Notes: generated by a model not told the origin, from the letters alone. A stretch of 64,000 nucleotides of DNA from Faecousia sp. (GCA_045537165.1 JAZSPA010000027.1:67-64066); one strand, 5' to 3'; counted from the first letter of the stretch, positions 40,741 to 51,139 are shown. Program-made: numbers and translations.

Positions 40741-41862
40741 CTATTTCTTTCTATGGCTTTCGGTAAACATATAATAATCGCACTTGATCATGCCATTATA
40801 AAGCTTGCGTTTTTTATCTGCTCTGCGGCCAAAATAATGCTCAAATTCCGGCTCAGAAGTGATAATGAACTTCTTCCAGCCATCAGCAAATTTCAGATGT
40901 CTGCCCAATGCGCCATAAAGCCGCTGGGCGCTTTGCTGTTCCAGCATCCGCTGACCGTAGGGCGGGTTGCACACCAGAATGCCGCTGTCACAGGGCAGGC
41001 TCATTTTGGTAGCATCCCCATCGGCAAAACGGATACAATCCGCCACCCCGGCTTTCCGGGCATTGGCCATGGAAAGGGACACGCACTTAGGGTCGTTATC
41101 TGAACCTAAGATGCGATACTCACCCTTAAACTCTTTATCCTTTGCCTCCTGGCGCACCTGCTCCCAGGTTGCCTCCTTGCTCCAGGCAAAGCTTTGTGCG
41201 GCAAATTTCCGGTTCAAGCCCGGCGCCCTGTTCTTGGCGATCAAGGCCGCTTCAATAGGAATGGTTCCCGAGCCGCAGAAAGGATCCCAAAAGAACTCTC
41301 TGCCCCGGTAGCGGGTCAGCTGCACCATGGCCGCCGCCAAGGTTTCCCGCAATGGCGCTTCGTTACCTACCGCCCGGTAGCCCCGCTTGTGCAGACCAAC
41401 GCCGGAAGTATCCAGATACAGCGTCACCTTATCCTGCATAATGGAAAACTGAAGCTGATATTTGACTCCGGTTTCCGGCAGCCAGTTGACCCCGTATTTT
41501 TCTCCCAGCCGCTTGGAAGCCGCCTTTTTGATAATAGCCTGACAATCCGGCACACTCATAAGGGTACTGTTCAGACAATGCCCCTTTACCGGGAACTGAC
41601 CGTCTTTCGGGATAAATTCTTCCAGCGGACTTCTATAAACGCCCTGAAACAGCTCTTCAAAAGTTTTCGCAGTAAACTCTGCCAGTACAATAAGCACCCG
41701 TTCACCGGTACGCAGGCACACGTTGGCCTTGGCCATAGCATAGTCGTCACCGCTAAACAGCACCCGTCCGTTTTCCGCCCGCACATTTTCTATATTCAGC
41801 CGCTTTAATTCATCCGCGGCGATGCCCTCCAAGCCAAACAGGCAAGGCACAGCAAATTCCAT
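40741..41862 (-). CDS. THUMP-domain RNA methyltransferase (RlmL/YpsC-like)
   Basis: LDTSG.GLHKRGYR, APLRETLAA, DPFCGSGT, NPPYG. Confidence 0.9.
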   Translation of the reverse strand: MEFAVPCLFGLEGIAADELKRLNIENVRAENGRVLFSGDDYAMAKANVCLRTGERVLIVLAEFTAKTFEELFQGVYRSPLEEFIPKDGQFPVKGHCLNSTLMSVPDCQAIIKKAASKRLGEKYGVNWLPETGVKYQLQFSIMQDKVTLYLDTSGVGLHKRGYRAVGNEAPLRETLAAAMVQLTRYRGREFFWDPFCGSGTIPIEAALIAKNRAPGLNRKFAAQSFAWSKEATWEQVRQEAKDKEFKGEYRILGSDNDPKCVSLSMANARKAGVADCIRFADGDATKMSLPCDSGILVCNPPYGQRMLEQQSAQRLYGALGRHLKFADGWKKFIITSEPEFEHYFGRRADKKRKLYNGMIKCDYYMFTESHRKK

Positions 41863-41873
41863 AGGTTTTCCTC

Positions 41874-42419
41874 CTAAGGGATAATTTTCTTTGCTTTCAA
41901 ATAGCGCTCTTCTTCGGAAAATACACAGCCGCAGTATTTCTGCATATAAAAGCCGTGTTCCCGGGCAAAATTCTGCCCGTCCTTAAAATAGGGCCTAAAA
42001 TCCCGATACAAAAATTCCACGCCGTATTCATCCGCCGCACGTTGGGCAACGGCAGCCATCAGCTCGTGATTTTGATAGGGGCTAATGAACAGGCTGGAAG
42101 TAAAGCTGTCGAAGCCACCCTCTTTTGCCTGCCGGGCAGTTTCAAACAGCCGCATTTCATAGCACTTCACGCAGCGACCGCCAATATCCTCCGCCACCGC
42201 CCTTACGAAGGGGCGCAGGGCATAATCGTTCTTTTCAATAAGGGGCAAGCTAATCTCCTCAGCATACTGCCGCAGGCAGTCCCGCCGAGCCCGGTATTCG
42301 GTAAAAGGATGGATATTGGGATTATACCAAAAACCGGTAACCCCGATCCCATCCGTGCGCAGCGCTTCAATGCATTGGTTGGCGCAGGGCGCGCAGCAAA
42401 TATGCAAAAGGGTATTCAT
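41874..42419 (-). CDS. queH: Epoxyqueuosine reductase QueH
   Basis: LLHICCAPC, YNPNIHP, RCVKCY, YMQKYCGCVFS. Confidence 0.92.
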   Translation of the reverse strand: MNTLLHICCAPCANQCIEALRTDGIGVTGFWYNPNIHPFTEYRARRDCLRQYAEEISLPLIEKNDYALRPFVRAVAEDIGGRCVKCYEMRLFETARQAKEGGFDSFTSSLFISPYQNHELMAAVAQRAADEYGVEFLYRDFRPYFKDGQNFAREHGFYMQKYCGCVFSEEERYLKAKKIIP

Positions 42420-42574
42420 CCTAAGTTCACCTACTCCCCCAATTTTATTCCATTATAACACCAAAAGTAATGCTTGGCAATATTCTCTTTGTTTTGCGTT
42501 TTTCTTTTGTTACCATATAAGCACTTGACGCCCCAGTTCCTTTTGGGTATGATAAGAAAAAAGGGGGCGCTACT

Positions 42575-43057
42575 ATGGAACACGAATTTTATATGGACCG
42601 GGCGCTGGCCCTGGCAAAGGAAGCTGCCCTGGATGGTGAAGTGCCGGTAGGCTGCGTCATCGTCCGGGATGGCGTGATCGTAGGCGAAGGCCGCAACCGC
42701 CGGGAAACCGGGCGTACCGCTTTAGGCCATGCCGAAATTGAAGCTATCCGGCAAGCCTGCGAAAATTTAGGCGGCTGGCGGCTTTGGGATTGCACCCTGT
42801 ATGTAACCTTAGAACCTTGCCCTATGTGCGCCGGCGCCATTATCAACGCCCGGATCCCCACGGTGGTCTTCGGTGCAAGTGATGCCAAATGCGGCGCCTG
42901 CGGCTCGGTGTGCGACCTGTTTTCCATGGAGTTTAACCACCATCCCCAAGTAATCCAGGGTATTCGGGAGGCAGAAGCCTCCGCCTTGCTCACTGAATTT
43001 TTCCAACAGCTGCGCCTGACGCTTAGAACACGCCCCAAATGGCAAAAAGATAAATAA
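42575..43057 (+). CDS. tadA: tRNA adenosine deaminase
   Basis: EVPVG, HAE, WRL, TLEPCPMCAGA. Confidence 0.9.
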   Translation: MEHEFYMDRALALAKEAALDGEVPVGCVIVRDGVIVGEGRNRRETGRTALGHAEIEAIRQACENLGGWRLWDCTLYVTLEPCPMCAGAIINARIPTVVFGASDAKCGACGSVCDLFSMEFNHHPQVIQGIREAEASALLTEFFQQLRLTLRTRPKWQKDK

Positions 43058-43118
43058 AACGTCCCGATGGGCTACTGCGCAAGCGGCAGCCCATCTTTAT
43101 TTTTAAGGGGCGTTTTAT

Positions 43119-44081
43119 ATGAAATTGGAAGAAAAGACTTTGCGTATGGGCGCAGCCGCTGTGCTGATTGCCGTAGTTTTGCGAATATTTGCCCCCGCCG
43201 ATTTTGGGTATCTGTTTTCTAAAGATGGTCTTTTTTCTGTTATGACCTTTCTGGGGACAGGCCGCTGGGTGCAAAATGTGCAGCCCCCGGAAGCCCAAAA
43301 CCCCAGCTTTATTCCGGAAGAACCGGCCCAGGCGGTATTTTCTTTGCAGGAGCTGGATGCCATTTCTTTACATAATCCCAACGGCTATACCGCCGACCTG
43401 CAAAGCGCCCTATGTACGCCCCTGGGCTGGCAATTGGCTAACGGACAACCGGCGGTGCTCATCGTCCATTCACACGCATCAGAAGCTTTTTCGGGTTGCG
43501 CCGGTTGGCGCTCTGAGAACACCGCCTACAATATGGTATCCATTGGTGACCGGGTGGGGGCGCTTTTGGAACAAGCCGGTATTCAGGTCATCCATGACCG
43601 GTCTATTCACGACTCTCCCTCCTATGATGCCGCCTATGGTAACAGCCGTACATCCATCGAAAGCTACCTGACCCAGTACCCCTCCATCCGCCTGGTGCTG
43701 GATCTGCACCGGGATGCAGGGGAAGACGGAAACGGCAATCAGGTAGGCTACACCGCTGACTACAACGGTCAGGACGCCGCCACCATGATGCTGGTGGTCA
43801 GCGCCTACGATTATGGTGGGAACGCCACCTGGCAGCGGAATCTATCCTTTGCCACCAAGCTGCAGTTGCAGTTAGAGCAGCTCAGCCCCGGCATCTGCCG
43901 CCCCTTAGTCCTGCGGTCTTACCATTATAACCAGGACATCTGCCCCACCGGCCTGTTAATTGAAATGGGCTTTGCCGGAAACGAACAGGAAGAGGTGCTC
44001 CGCTCCGCGGAAGCCCTGGCCGAAGCCATCATCGCCCTGCAAAACGGCAGCGAAGTCATCACCGCTGTCAGCGCCGAATAA
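43119..44081 (+). CDS. spoIIP: Stage II sporulation protein P
   Basis: VLIVHSHASEAF, LDLHRDA, YNQD, LLIEMG. Confidence 0.8.
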   Translation: MKLEEKTLRMGAAAVLIAVVLRIFAPADFGYLFSKDGLFSVMTFLGTGRWVQNVQPPEAQNPSFIPEEPAQAVFSLQELDAISLHNPNGYTADLQSALCTPLGWQLANGQPAVLIVHSHASEAFSGCAGWRSENTAYNMVSIGDRVGALLEQAGIQVIHDRSIHDSPSYDAAYGNSRTSIESYLTQYPSIRLVLDLHRDAGEDGNGNQVGYTADYNGQDAATMMLVVSAYDYGGNATWQRNLSFATKLQLQLEQLSPGICRPLVLRSYHYNQDICPTGLLIEMGFAGNEQEEVLRSAEALAEAIIALQNGSEVITAVSAE

Positions 44082-44378
44082 ACAAACCTGCTGCAGAGGC
44101 CATAGAAGGCCCAAAGGCAAACAAAACGAGCCTGTCGGCGTACATAGGTACGGTAAGGCTCGTTTTGTGCAGCAAATCAAAATTCTTGATCTGTTGAAAC
44201 CTTTCGTTTTTTACAGGACTAATATCATCAGCCCACATACCAAATCTTCGGCAATCCGATTTAATAAAAGATTTTGATGTTTTGGGTCTTATTATGGCAT
44301 CTGAAACCCCCCGGGGGGCTTACCCTGGGGGATTTTCTATGGTAATATGCGTTCATAAAGAAAAAGGAGCGCAAAACT

Positions 44379-44927
44379 ATGAAAATGAATTACACAAAAC
44401 GTTTGGTATTTACCGCTGTATGCGCCGCCCTGTGCGTGGTGCTGCCTATGGCTTTCCATGCGGTGCAAAATGCCGGCCAGGTCTTCCTGCCTATGCACAT
44501 CCCTGTGCTGCTGTGCGGCCTTGCCTGCGGCTGGCCCTTCGGCCTTGTGGGCGGTATTTTAGGTCCGGTGCTAAGCTCCTTGCTCACCGGTATGCCCCCC
44601 GCCGCTATGCTGCCCTCTATGGCGATTGAGTGCGCTGTCTACGGCGGCGCCAGCGGTCTGCTGATGCAGCTCGTACGCACCAAAAAGACTTATCTGGATC
44701 TTTATATCAGTATGACCGCGGCTATGATTTTAGGCCGTGTCATCGCAGGCCTTGCCAAGAGCCTGATCCTCTCCCCCGGCACAGCTCCCTTCGCCTGGGT
44801 CACCACCTCTTTGGTATCCGGCGTTCCCGGCATTATCATTCAGCTGATTCTGATCCCCACGCTGGTATATACCATGATGCGGGCCAAGCTGCTGCCCCAG
44901 CGGTACGAAAAGGAAGAAACCAAATGA
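44379..44927 (+). CDS. ECF transporter S component
   Basis: LPMHIPVLLCG..CG, MPP, PGIIIQLILIP. Confidence 0.85.
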   Translation: MKMNYTKRLVFTAVCAALCVVLPMAFHAVQNAGQVFLPMHIPVLLCGLACGWPFGLVGGILGPVLSSLLTGMPPAAMLPSMAIECAVYGGASGLLMQLVRTKKTYLDLYISMTAAMILGRVIAGLAKSLILSPGTAPFAWVTTSLVSGVPGIIIQLILIPTLVYTMMRAKLLPQRYEKEETK

Positions 44928-45502
44928 ATAAAACTGACGTCATCGCCTTTTTTGACCGGCTCGCCCCCGGTTGGGATGCAGATATGATCCGCAGCGATGC
45001 CATCATCGGCAAGATCTTGGATAACGCCGGTGTAGCTGCCGGCAAGGATGTGCTGGATGTGGCCTGCGGCACAGGCGTCCTGTTTCCGGACTATCTGGCG
45101 CGGAAGGTAAATAGCCTGACCGCTATCGATATTTCCCCCGAAATGGTAAAAATCGCCCGGGAGAAATTCCCGAAAGTAACGGTGCTTTGCGGCGATGTGG
45201 AAAGCGCAGAATTTGACCGCAAGTTCGATTGTATCGTGATCTACAACGCCTTCCCCCACTTCCCCGACCCGGAAAACCTCATCCGTGTGCTCAGCGCCCA
45301 CCTAAAACCCGGCGGCACGTTAACCGTTGCCCACGGTATGAGCAGAGCCGCCATTGACCGCCACCACGAAGGAAAGGCCAGTAAGGTCAGCATCGGCCTG
45401 ATGCACGAAGACGACCTTTCCGCCATCTTTGAAAACTACTTAACCGTAACAACCAAAATCTCCGATGACCATATGTATCAAGTCACAGGCCAACGCAAAT
45501 AA
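44924..45502 (+). CDS. Class I SAM-dependent methyltransferase
   Basis: FFDRLAPGWD, VLDVACGTG, DISPEM, NAFPHF, LKPGG. Confidence 0.88.
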   Translation: MNKTDVIAFFDRLAPGWDADMIRSDAIIGKILDNAGVAAGKDVLDVACGTGVLFPDYLARKVNSLTAIDISPEMVKIAREKFPKVTVLCGDVESAEFDRKFDCIVIYNAFPHFPDPENLIRVLSAHLKPGGTLTVAHGMSRAAIDRHHEGKASKVSIGLMHEDDLSAIFENYLTVTTKISDDHMYQVTGQRK

Positions 45503-45539
45503 AAATCCGCTGTCCGGTTGGACAGCGGGTTTTATTATT
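45502..45539. repeat. Terminator palindrome, left direct repeat of TIR islet
   Basis: CCGCTGTCCGGTTGGACAGCGG (45507-45528) is identical to 51146-51167, with shared AAAA and TTTTATTATT flanks. Confidence 0.85.
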
Positions 45540-46252
45540 TACTTTTTCGCCTTACACAGCTCATTTCTATTCTGTAGTAATACGTGAATCATATGCGCTT
45601 TTTGAACAATACTATCAGCGTCTCCAGACATAACTAATGTTTTTAGCGCTGTTAAAGCAACAGCAATTTCTCCCTCGAGTTTTTCTGTTGCAGCACTGGA
45701 AATAGGATCGCTATACTTGAAAGCATCGTTTAAGGCCAACAGCTCTTCCTTCACTTCTTCTACTTCACAGAAATTTACAATCGCAGACATAGCAAGCTGA
45801 AGTTGCATCATCATTCTTGTGGCGCCTTGCGCCTTCGTTTCCACGCCCAAAACGGTATCTCTAACATTGTCTGTAACTATTAAACCAACAATCGCTGTAC
45901 CAAGCATCAACGCAAATAATACTAACGGTATCCAATAAGACACAGGCACAAGGCAGCCAATAATACAAATTACCACACCGCAAATCAGCTGAAGCACTGC
46001 GTATATAAGACCTACACGAAAAACGGGATAACTATATACCGCAGAGATCGCGCTATCACAGTTTCTATATGCCACCCAGCAAGAATAAAGGCTAAATAAA
46101 AATGCAATTAAAGTAAATGCAAAGCTTATCCAAGCTGCAATGCCCTTAGAAAACGGAATTGTCAGAAACAACAACAAATATATGCAAAAAACTATCGCAT
46201 ATATTGCAATTACCGACCTTGCCTTCTTATCTTTCAGCATATCCATAATCAC
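45539..46252 (-). CDS. 4-TM membrane protein with C-terminal helical domain
   Basis: Four hydrophobic segments, then FKYSDPIS...RNELCKAKK; overlaps the SPFH gene stop. Confidence 0.75.
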   Translation of the reverse strand: MIMDMLKDKKARSVIAIYAIVFCIYLLLFLTIPFSKGIAAWISFAFTLIAFLFSLYSCWVAYRNCDSAISAVYSYPVFRVGLIYAVLQLICGVVICIIGCLVPVSYWIPLVLFALMLGTAIVGLIVTDNVRDTVLGVETKAQGATRMMMQLQLAMSAIVNFCEVEEVKEELLALNDAFKYSDPISSAATEKLEGEIAVALTALKTLVMSGDADSIVQKAHMIHVLLQNRNELCKAKK

Positions 46253-48012
46253 ACCTCTCGCTTAGTGCCGCAGTCAGGGCAGAATTTTGTAGCTATCCCT
46301 TTACGGCCGCAAGCACAATCCCATGCCGCATCCACTGTTGCAGGTTTGGCAGCACCGCAATCCGGGCAAAAACGGGTCATGATATTCTTTTTGCCACAAA
46401 CACAAGTCCAACCGATTTCCGTAGGTGCAACCGCTGTTGCGCCCATATTCATCATAGGCGTCATGGCTTCCTTAGTCATATCAATAACACTGCCCATTGC
46501 GCCCAACGCAACGCCCAATCCAGCTACATCGCCCAACATACCACCGCCGGTACCACCACCATTAGCGCCCATCTGCCCCAATGCATTGGCATACGCCTTC
46601 TGTACATCCGTCTGCAGCACATCTTTTTGGCTATAACCCTTCAAGTGCATTTCCTCTGCCTCAGCCATCGCCTGAGCTCGATAAACATCAGCTGAAGCAC
46701 CGCCCTCCAATTTAATGCGCTGCGCTTCTCCCTGTGCAATAGTCGCAGTGGAATCAGCCACACCAAGGGAAGAAATTCTTGCACTCTCCGCTTCGACCTG
46801 TGTTTCAAAAAGATTTGCCTTAGCCTTTGTTTCCAATTCGGCCATTGTTCTCGCACGCACGGCCTCCTCTTTAGCAACCGCCAATTTTTCTCTATGAATC
46901 TCCAAAACAGCTGCTGTATCCTGCTCTATGATCTGCTTATAATTTTCATCATCATTGAGAATATCCGTAACATAGAACTGCCCTTCTGGAATATGTAAGC
47001 CAAAGGCTTCCAGCTCCCGATTAATTGCAGCTGCTAATATAGCCGAAATCTGCGGCTTCATAATGTCAATGGTATACAACCTAAGATTGTTCTCCATAAT
47101 AACACGCGCCAGTAAAGAAGTAACATGCATAGCAATCATATCCGAGAACTTGCCACGCATATATTCCACACTATAACCCTTACCGGAATCCACCACATCT
47201 GCTGTCCCAAAAGCAGATGCCGTACCAACCAGTTTTAAAATCAGTTTTCGAGCGTCACTGATCTCCAGGTTAAATGTACCTCTAGCACCGATCTCAACAG
47301 GCATATTCGTCACAGGCTCTATAATACGTACTCTACTGGGCGTGCCCCATTTAATACCTGTCTGTACTGTTTTATTGAAAAAATATACTTCAGAATGAAG
47401 CGACCTGTCTGCATCCGGCGGCAGCTTATATATTTCGCTGAGCATAGGTATCTTCTGCGTTTCCAGTGTATATCTGCCTGCTCCAAAAAGGTCTAAGGCG
47501 CGGCCATCCCGGAAAAACAATGCCTCCTGTGATGCATGTACCGTCAACTGCGTCCCCATATTAAAATCTTCAACGGGATGTTTCCACACCAAAACACCTT
47601 CCGAACTATCCCATTTAATATCACTTACTGCATTGCTGTTTTTAATTTTCTCCTGTGCAATACGTTTCTGCACATCGATTTCAGACCCACACAAAACGCA
47701 CGTGATTTTTTCCGCATTCTTATCCGTTGTCAGCTCACATGCGCAAGAAGGACAGGTTATTTTTATCAATCCAACCTTATCCGCTGAAGCATTGATTTTC
47801 TTGTGACACACGGGGCAAAGCGCTTCCTCCCCCTTGCTTTGGTCATACACAACTTCATTTCCGCAATGAGGGCATTTTTTCTTACTCATTTTAGTTTGGT
47901 TTACATCAATTTCGCACCCACAAGCACAAACAACCTTCTTCTTTGCAAAAACGCCTGTAGAAGCCTCTACATAACTACCGCACTCAGGACAAGTGATAAC
48001 AAACTTTTTCAT
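46249..48012 (-). CDS. SPFH (YdjI-like) protein with multiple zinc ribbons
   Basis: Three N-terminal Cys-pair ribbons; LVWKHPVEDFNMGTQLTVHASQEALFFRDG...GRYTLET...IKWGT core; coiled coil; two C-terminal W.C.CG...FCPDCG ribbons. Confidence 0.85.
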   Translation of the reverse strand: MKKFVITCPECGSYVEASTGVFAKKKVVCACGCEIDVNQTKMSKKKCPHCGNEVVYDQSKGEEALCPVCHKKINASADKVGLIKITCPSCACELTTDKNAEKITCVLCGSEIDVQKRIAQEKIKNSNAVSDIKWDSSEGVLVWKHPVEDFNMGTQLTVHASQEALFFRDGRALDLFGAGRYTLETQKIPMLSEIYKLPPDADRSLHSEVYFFNKTVQTGIKWGTPSRVRIIEPVTNMPVEIGARGTFNLEISDARKLILKLVGTASAFGTADVVDSGKGYSVEYMRGKFSDMIAMHVTSLLARVIMENNLRLYTIDIMKPQISAILAAAINRELEAFGLHIPEGQFYVTDILNDDENYKQIIEQDTAAVLEIHREKLAVAKEEAVRARTMAELETKAKANLFETQVEAESARISSLGVADSTATIAQGEAQRIKLEGGASADVYRAQAMAEAEEMHLKGYSQKDVLQTDVQKAYANALGQMGANGGGTGGGMLGDVAGLGVALGAMGSVIDMTKEAMTPMMNMGATAVAPTEIGWTCVCGKKNIMTRFCPDCGAAKPATVDAAWDCACGRKGIATKFCPDCGTKREV

Positions 48013-48056
48013 ATTGACCTCCTTCTACGCTCACGAATAATGTCCATTTTAGTATT

Positions 48057-50519
48057 TTATACTCTATCCCTAGTGACATCTTTTACGCCATCTTCTTCCA
48101 ACTTACTTAGCTCTCCACATACAACAGAAAGACGTGTCGATAAATTTCTCTCCCGTTCTCTATTCTCTTTAATGTTTGCTTCCTCACGCATACAGTCTAC
48201 AGAAAATTTAATCAACCAACCCCCAATCACACCAGCAATTATCACGAGGGGCGTCAATCCTTTAAGGATGAGCAAAATCAGTCCCATAACACAGAAAAGA
48301 AATCCTATGATTGCTACAAACCATACTACTGCCATTCCAGCATAACCATATCCAGTCATTTTCCCAGTATGCGCAGGTATTTTTGTGAGTTCTTCCTCTA
48401 AACGTTCCTTTTCCCGCTTTAGTCTGGTTAACTCTTTCTCATACTTATCTTTTTTGACTCTTTCCTGCTGTCTTTTTGAAATAGATATACACTGCTTTTG
48501 TCTGCGGTCATCTACAAGAGACAAATACTTATTAAACTCAGGTACATCCTTCAAAAGATTGTTCTGTGCTATAATCGCATCTTCTGAGGACGCCTTTACC
48601 CGCATAAGGCAGAGCAACCAATATATATCCGGGTTCTGTGCATCAAAAGACACTGCTAAATTCAGAAAATACTCTGCTTCAGCAAACAAGCGCATCTGTA
48701 TGATCTTCTTGCATAAAGATACAAGCTGTGCCTTAAGTGTTGACAATTCCCCTGTGTAATATTGCAAAACCCTTTTCGCAAACGCACAATGACCAGAATC
48801 CGCAAGGTTTTTACCCAACCATGATAAACAGCTACGGATTTCCTCACTAATATCCGGCGCAAATTTTAAGAGATTTTCAAAATCCTCAATTCTTTTATTC
48901 GCATACTTTGCGCTGATTAAATCGACCGCTACAATCTCACGCAGTGCCGCAATATTTCCTTCATCTACCGATAGAACTCGCTGCAAGCATTCTATCTTTT
49001 CCCCAACATCGTTTGCCGCAACTGCATATCGATAGTTATATGCTATATATTTATCCACATCGTCAGGCTGTAATGTATCCAACAATCTTTTAAAGGGCTC
49101 CAGCTTGCTTTGGGCGATCGTTTCAGAAAACGCCGTATCAATACAATTCTGTCGCTTACCAAAAGAAAACGGCAAAACCACATCCAGTATTCTTTTATAT
49201 GTGGCTGCTGTCACTTTTCTGGTCGCTCCGTACAGCAAAACCAGCAAAGTTTGCGCAAGGCTTTGAGAAGCATAATTAAGCACCTTTTCAACGTTCGCAA
49301 AATCGGTAGCTGAAAATTTATCCAGCCTATCGATTAATTTCTCATTGTTCGGCACCTGATGTGCGACCAATAGCTTACACCAAATTGCCTCAGCGCAAGT
49401 AGGATTGTCGAAAAGAACATCACTTACCAGATTGGACGCCTCCTGCCATTGATGCTCTGACAAATATGCGTAAACTAGATTGATCGATTGCTTCTCACTC
49501 AAGCTTGTTTCCGCAATAGCTCCCATTCCGACTTCTCGGGTCTTTACAGCATTTACGGATATAGCTGTAGCCTTTTTTGCTATTTGTCCGCTGGCTATCT
49601 CGATCTTCTCGAGATGAACATTTCTCTTTGTTTCGTCGATCACCCGTTTAACATGAGCAATAAGATCAGAAAGAAACGTTATATCGGCAGCATTTAAACA
49701 CTGTTTTTTAAGAACACTGGGAAGATCACCGGGATTCATATTTTTAAAAGCAACAACCAAAGAATTCTTATGCTTTTCCCCTTTCTCAATTCGCGCCTTA
49801 AAACGGCTCCACTCGTTCTTCACCCATATAGCATTAAAATACTCTGCCTTTTCACCAAACACGATCATAACCTTTGCTGTTTTAATCGCGTTATAGATAT
49901 ACGGCTCATACTGTTCCGAAGTTTTATTGCGCAAACTAACATGGCTAAAAAATACCTTATAGCCCTTTTCCACAAGTGCATAGTAAAGATCCTGCGCATC
50001 ATAGCTATCCTGTGTACGTTCGATACCATTCTCTTTATCGCTGTCCTTATAGCTTATAAAAATGTCATAAGCAGGTTCCTTACTGGCTTTCTCCAGCCAT
50101 TCAACACGCACCTTTTCTATGTACTGCGCCTGCTTTCTGTATTCATCTGCTATTTCCTTAGGCGCTAAAGATATTGCCATCTGTACATCTTTATGATTCA
50201 GGAAGGATATTTCTGTAATATTATGACAGGTTGGAACCTTCTTATCCTCTCGCAAATCATTAACATACACAATACCGCTCAAGGCGAGTGCACGTCCCCA
50301 ATATGCCTCATAATTTTTAGATTCTTTTATTATGATCTCTTCAAACAACTCTGCCGCTTTTTCAAAATCGCCATTGCGAAGTGCTTCCCATGCGTTTGCC
50401 CGATGCACAGCATGAATATCGTCAGCACTATCGATTTCCCACTTATGTCTGCAATACTCACAAATATAGTAGTTTCCCGATCGAACAAGCGGGCCTCCAC
50501 AAGTTTGACAAGCTCTCAT
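48057..50519 (-). CDS. Zn-finger/TPR/TIR-domain membrane protein
   Basis: CQTCGG...CEYC; TPR-like helices; TIR motifs YDIFISYK, GYKVFFS, WVKNEW; helical repeats, coiled coil, two C-terminal TM. Confidence 0.85.
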   Translation of the reverse strand: MRACQTCGGPLVRSGNYYICEYCRHKWEIDSADDIHAVHRANAWEALRNGDFEKAAELFEEIIIKESKNYEAYWGRALALSGIVYVNDLREDKKVPTCHNITEISFLNHKDVQMAISLAPKEIADEYRKQAQYIEKVRVEWLEKASKEPAYDIFISYKDSDKENGIERTQDSYDAQDLYYALVEKGYKVFFSHVSLRNKTSEQYEPYIYNAIKTAKVMIVFGEKAEYFNAIWVKNEWSRFKARIEKGEKHKNSLVVAFKNMNPGDLPSVLKKQCLNAADITFLSDLIAHVKRVIDETKRNVHLEKIEIASGQIAKKATAISVNAVKTREVGMGAIAETSLSEKQSINLVYAYLSEHQWQEASNLVSDVLFDNPTCAEAIWCKLLVAHQVPNNEKLIDRLDKFSATDFANVEKVLNYASQSLAQTLLVLLYGATRKVTAATYKRILDVVLPFSFGKRQNCIDTAFSETIAQSKLEPFKRLLDTLQPDDVDKYIAYNYRYAVAANDVGEKIECLQRVLSVDEGNIAALREIVAVDLISAKYANKRIEDFENLLKFAPDISEEIRSCLSWLGKNLADSGHCAFAKRVLQYYTGELSTLKAQLVSLCKKIIQMRLFAEAEYFLNLAVSFDAQNPDIYWLLCLMRVKASSEDAIIAQNNLLKDVPEFNKYLSLVDDRRQKQCISISKRQQERVKKDKYEKELTRLKREKERLEEELTKIPAHTGKMTGYGYAGMAVVWFVAIIGFLFCVMGLILLILKGLTPLVIIAGVIGGWLIKFSVDCMREEANIKENRERERNLSTRLSVVCGELSKLEEDGVKDVTRDRV

Positions 50520-50642
50520 TACTCAATCACTCCGCTTTCTAAAAAAGTGTTTTTCTTCCTATCATTATGCTATTTTTCTTCCTATTTGTCAAGGTAAAAT
50601 GGAAGTATAATTCCTATATAGACCTATACGGGGGGAAGTAAA

Positions 50643-50972
50643 ATGCTGGTATACGATCTTCATATCATAGGAAACAGGCTGCTTGGTTTTCGCAAGCGAA
50701 TCGGACTGACCCAGGCTGAAGTAGCGGAGGCTGCTGGGCTCTCTGACCGCACCTACGCAGACATAGAGCGGGGTACAGTAAATATGCGCATTGAAACTTT
50801 GCTCCACATTTGCGATGTACTGCACATCACCCCCGATGAAGTGCTCACCCAGGACGTCAGCCCCGAGATTCCTCAGCAAGATACCCTGCTTAGCCGTCTG
50901 AACGCCTGCAACCCCAAGGACAAGGAAACCGCCCTGCAGCTCCTCTCTGTCTTCCTCAAATCTCTAAACTAA
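50643..50972 (+). CDS. XRE-family HTH regulator
   Basis: RKRIGLTQAEVAEAAGLSDRTYADIERG; divergent from the TIR gene; terminator at 50972-50997. Confidence 0.88.
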   Translation: MLVYDLHIIGNRLLGFRKRIGLTQAEVAEAAGLSDRTYADIERGTVNMRIETLLHICDVLHITPDEVLTQDVSPEIPQQDTLLSRLNACNPKDKETALQLLSVFLKSLN

Positions 50973-51053
50973 AGCCGCTGCTCACGCAGCGGCTTTTCGT
51001 TTGCGTACCATAAGTATGTATGTTAGCATACTTACTTACACGCATCATATATC

Positions 51054-51075
51054 AGTGTCCACTAAAAAGTGGACA
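51054..51075. repeat. Inverted third copy of the 10328-10349 palindrome
   Basis: AGTGTCCACTAAAAAGTGGACA is the exact reverse complement of TGTCCACTTTTTAGTGGACACT. Confidence 0.75.
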
Positions 51076-51104
51076 TAAAATTCAAACGCATCCCTAAGGG
51101 ATAC

Positions 51105-51139
51105 ATTTATTGTGCATTGTCCATTATGTATTGTGCATT
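51105..51139. repeat. Heptamer tandem repeat (RTNYATT)x5
   Basis: ATTTATT GTGCATT GTCCATT ATGTATT GTGCATT. Confidence 0.7.

Noticed and set aside
48057-50519. Calling the TIR locus Thoeris, CBASS or Pycsar
   Set aside because: No SIR2/Macro effector, nucleotide cyclase or STING domain nearby
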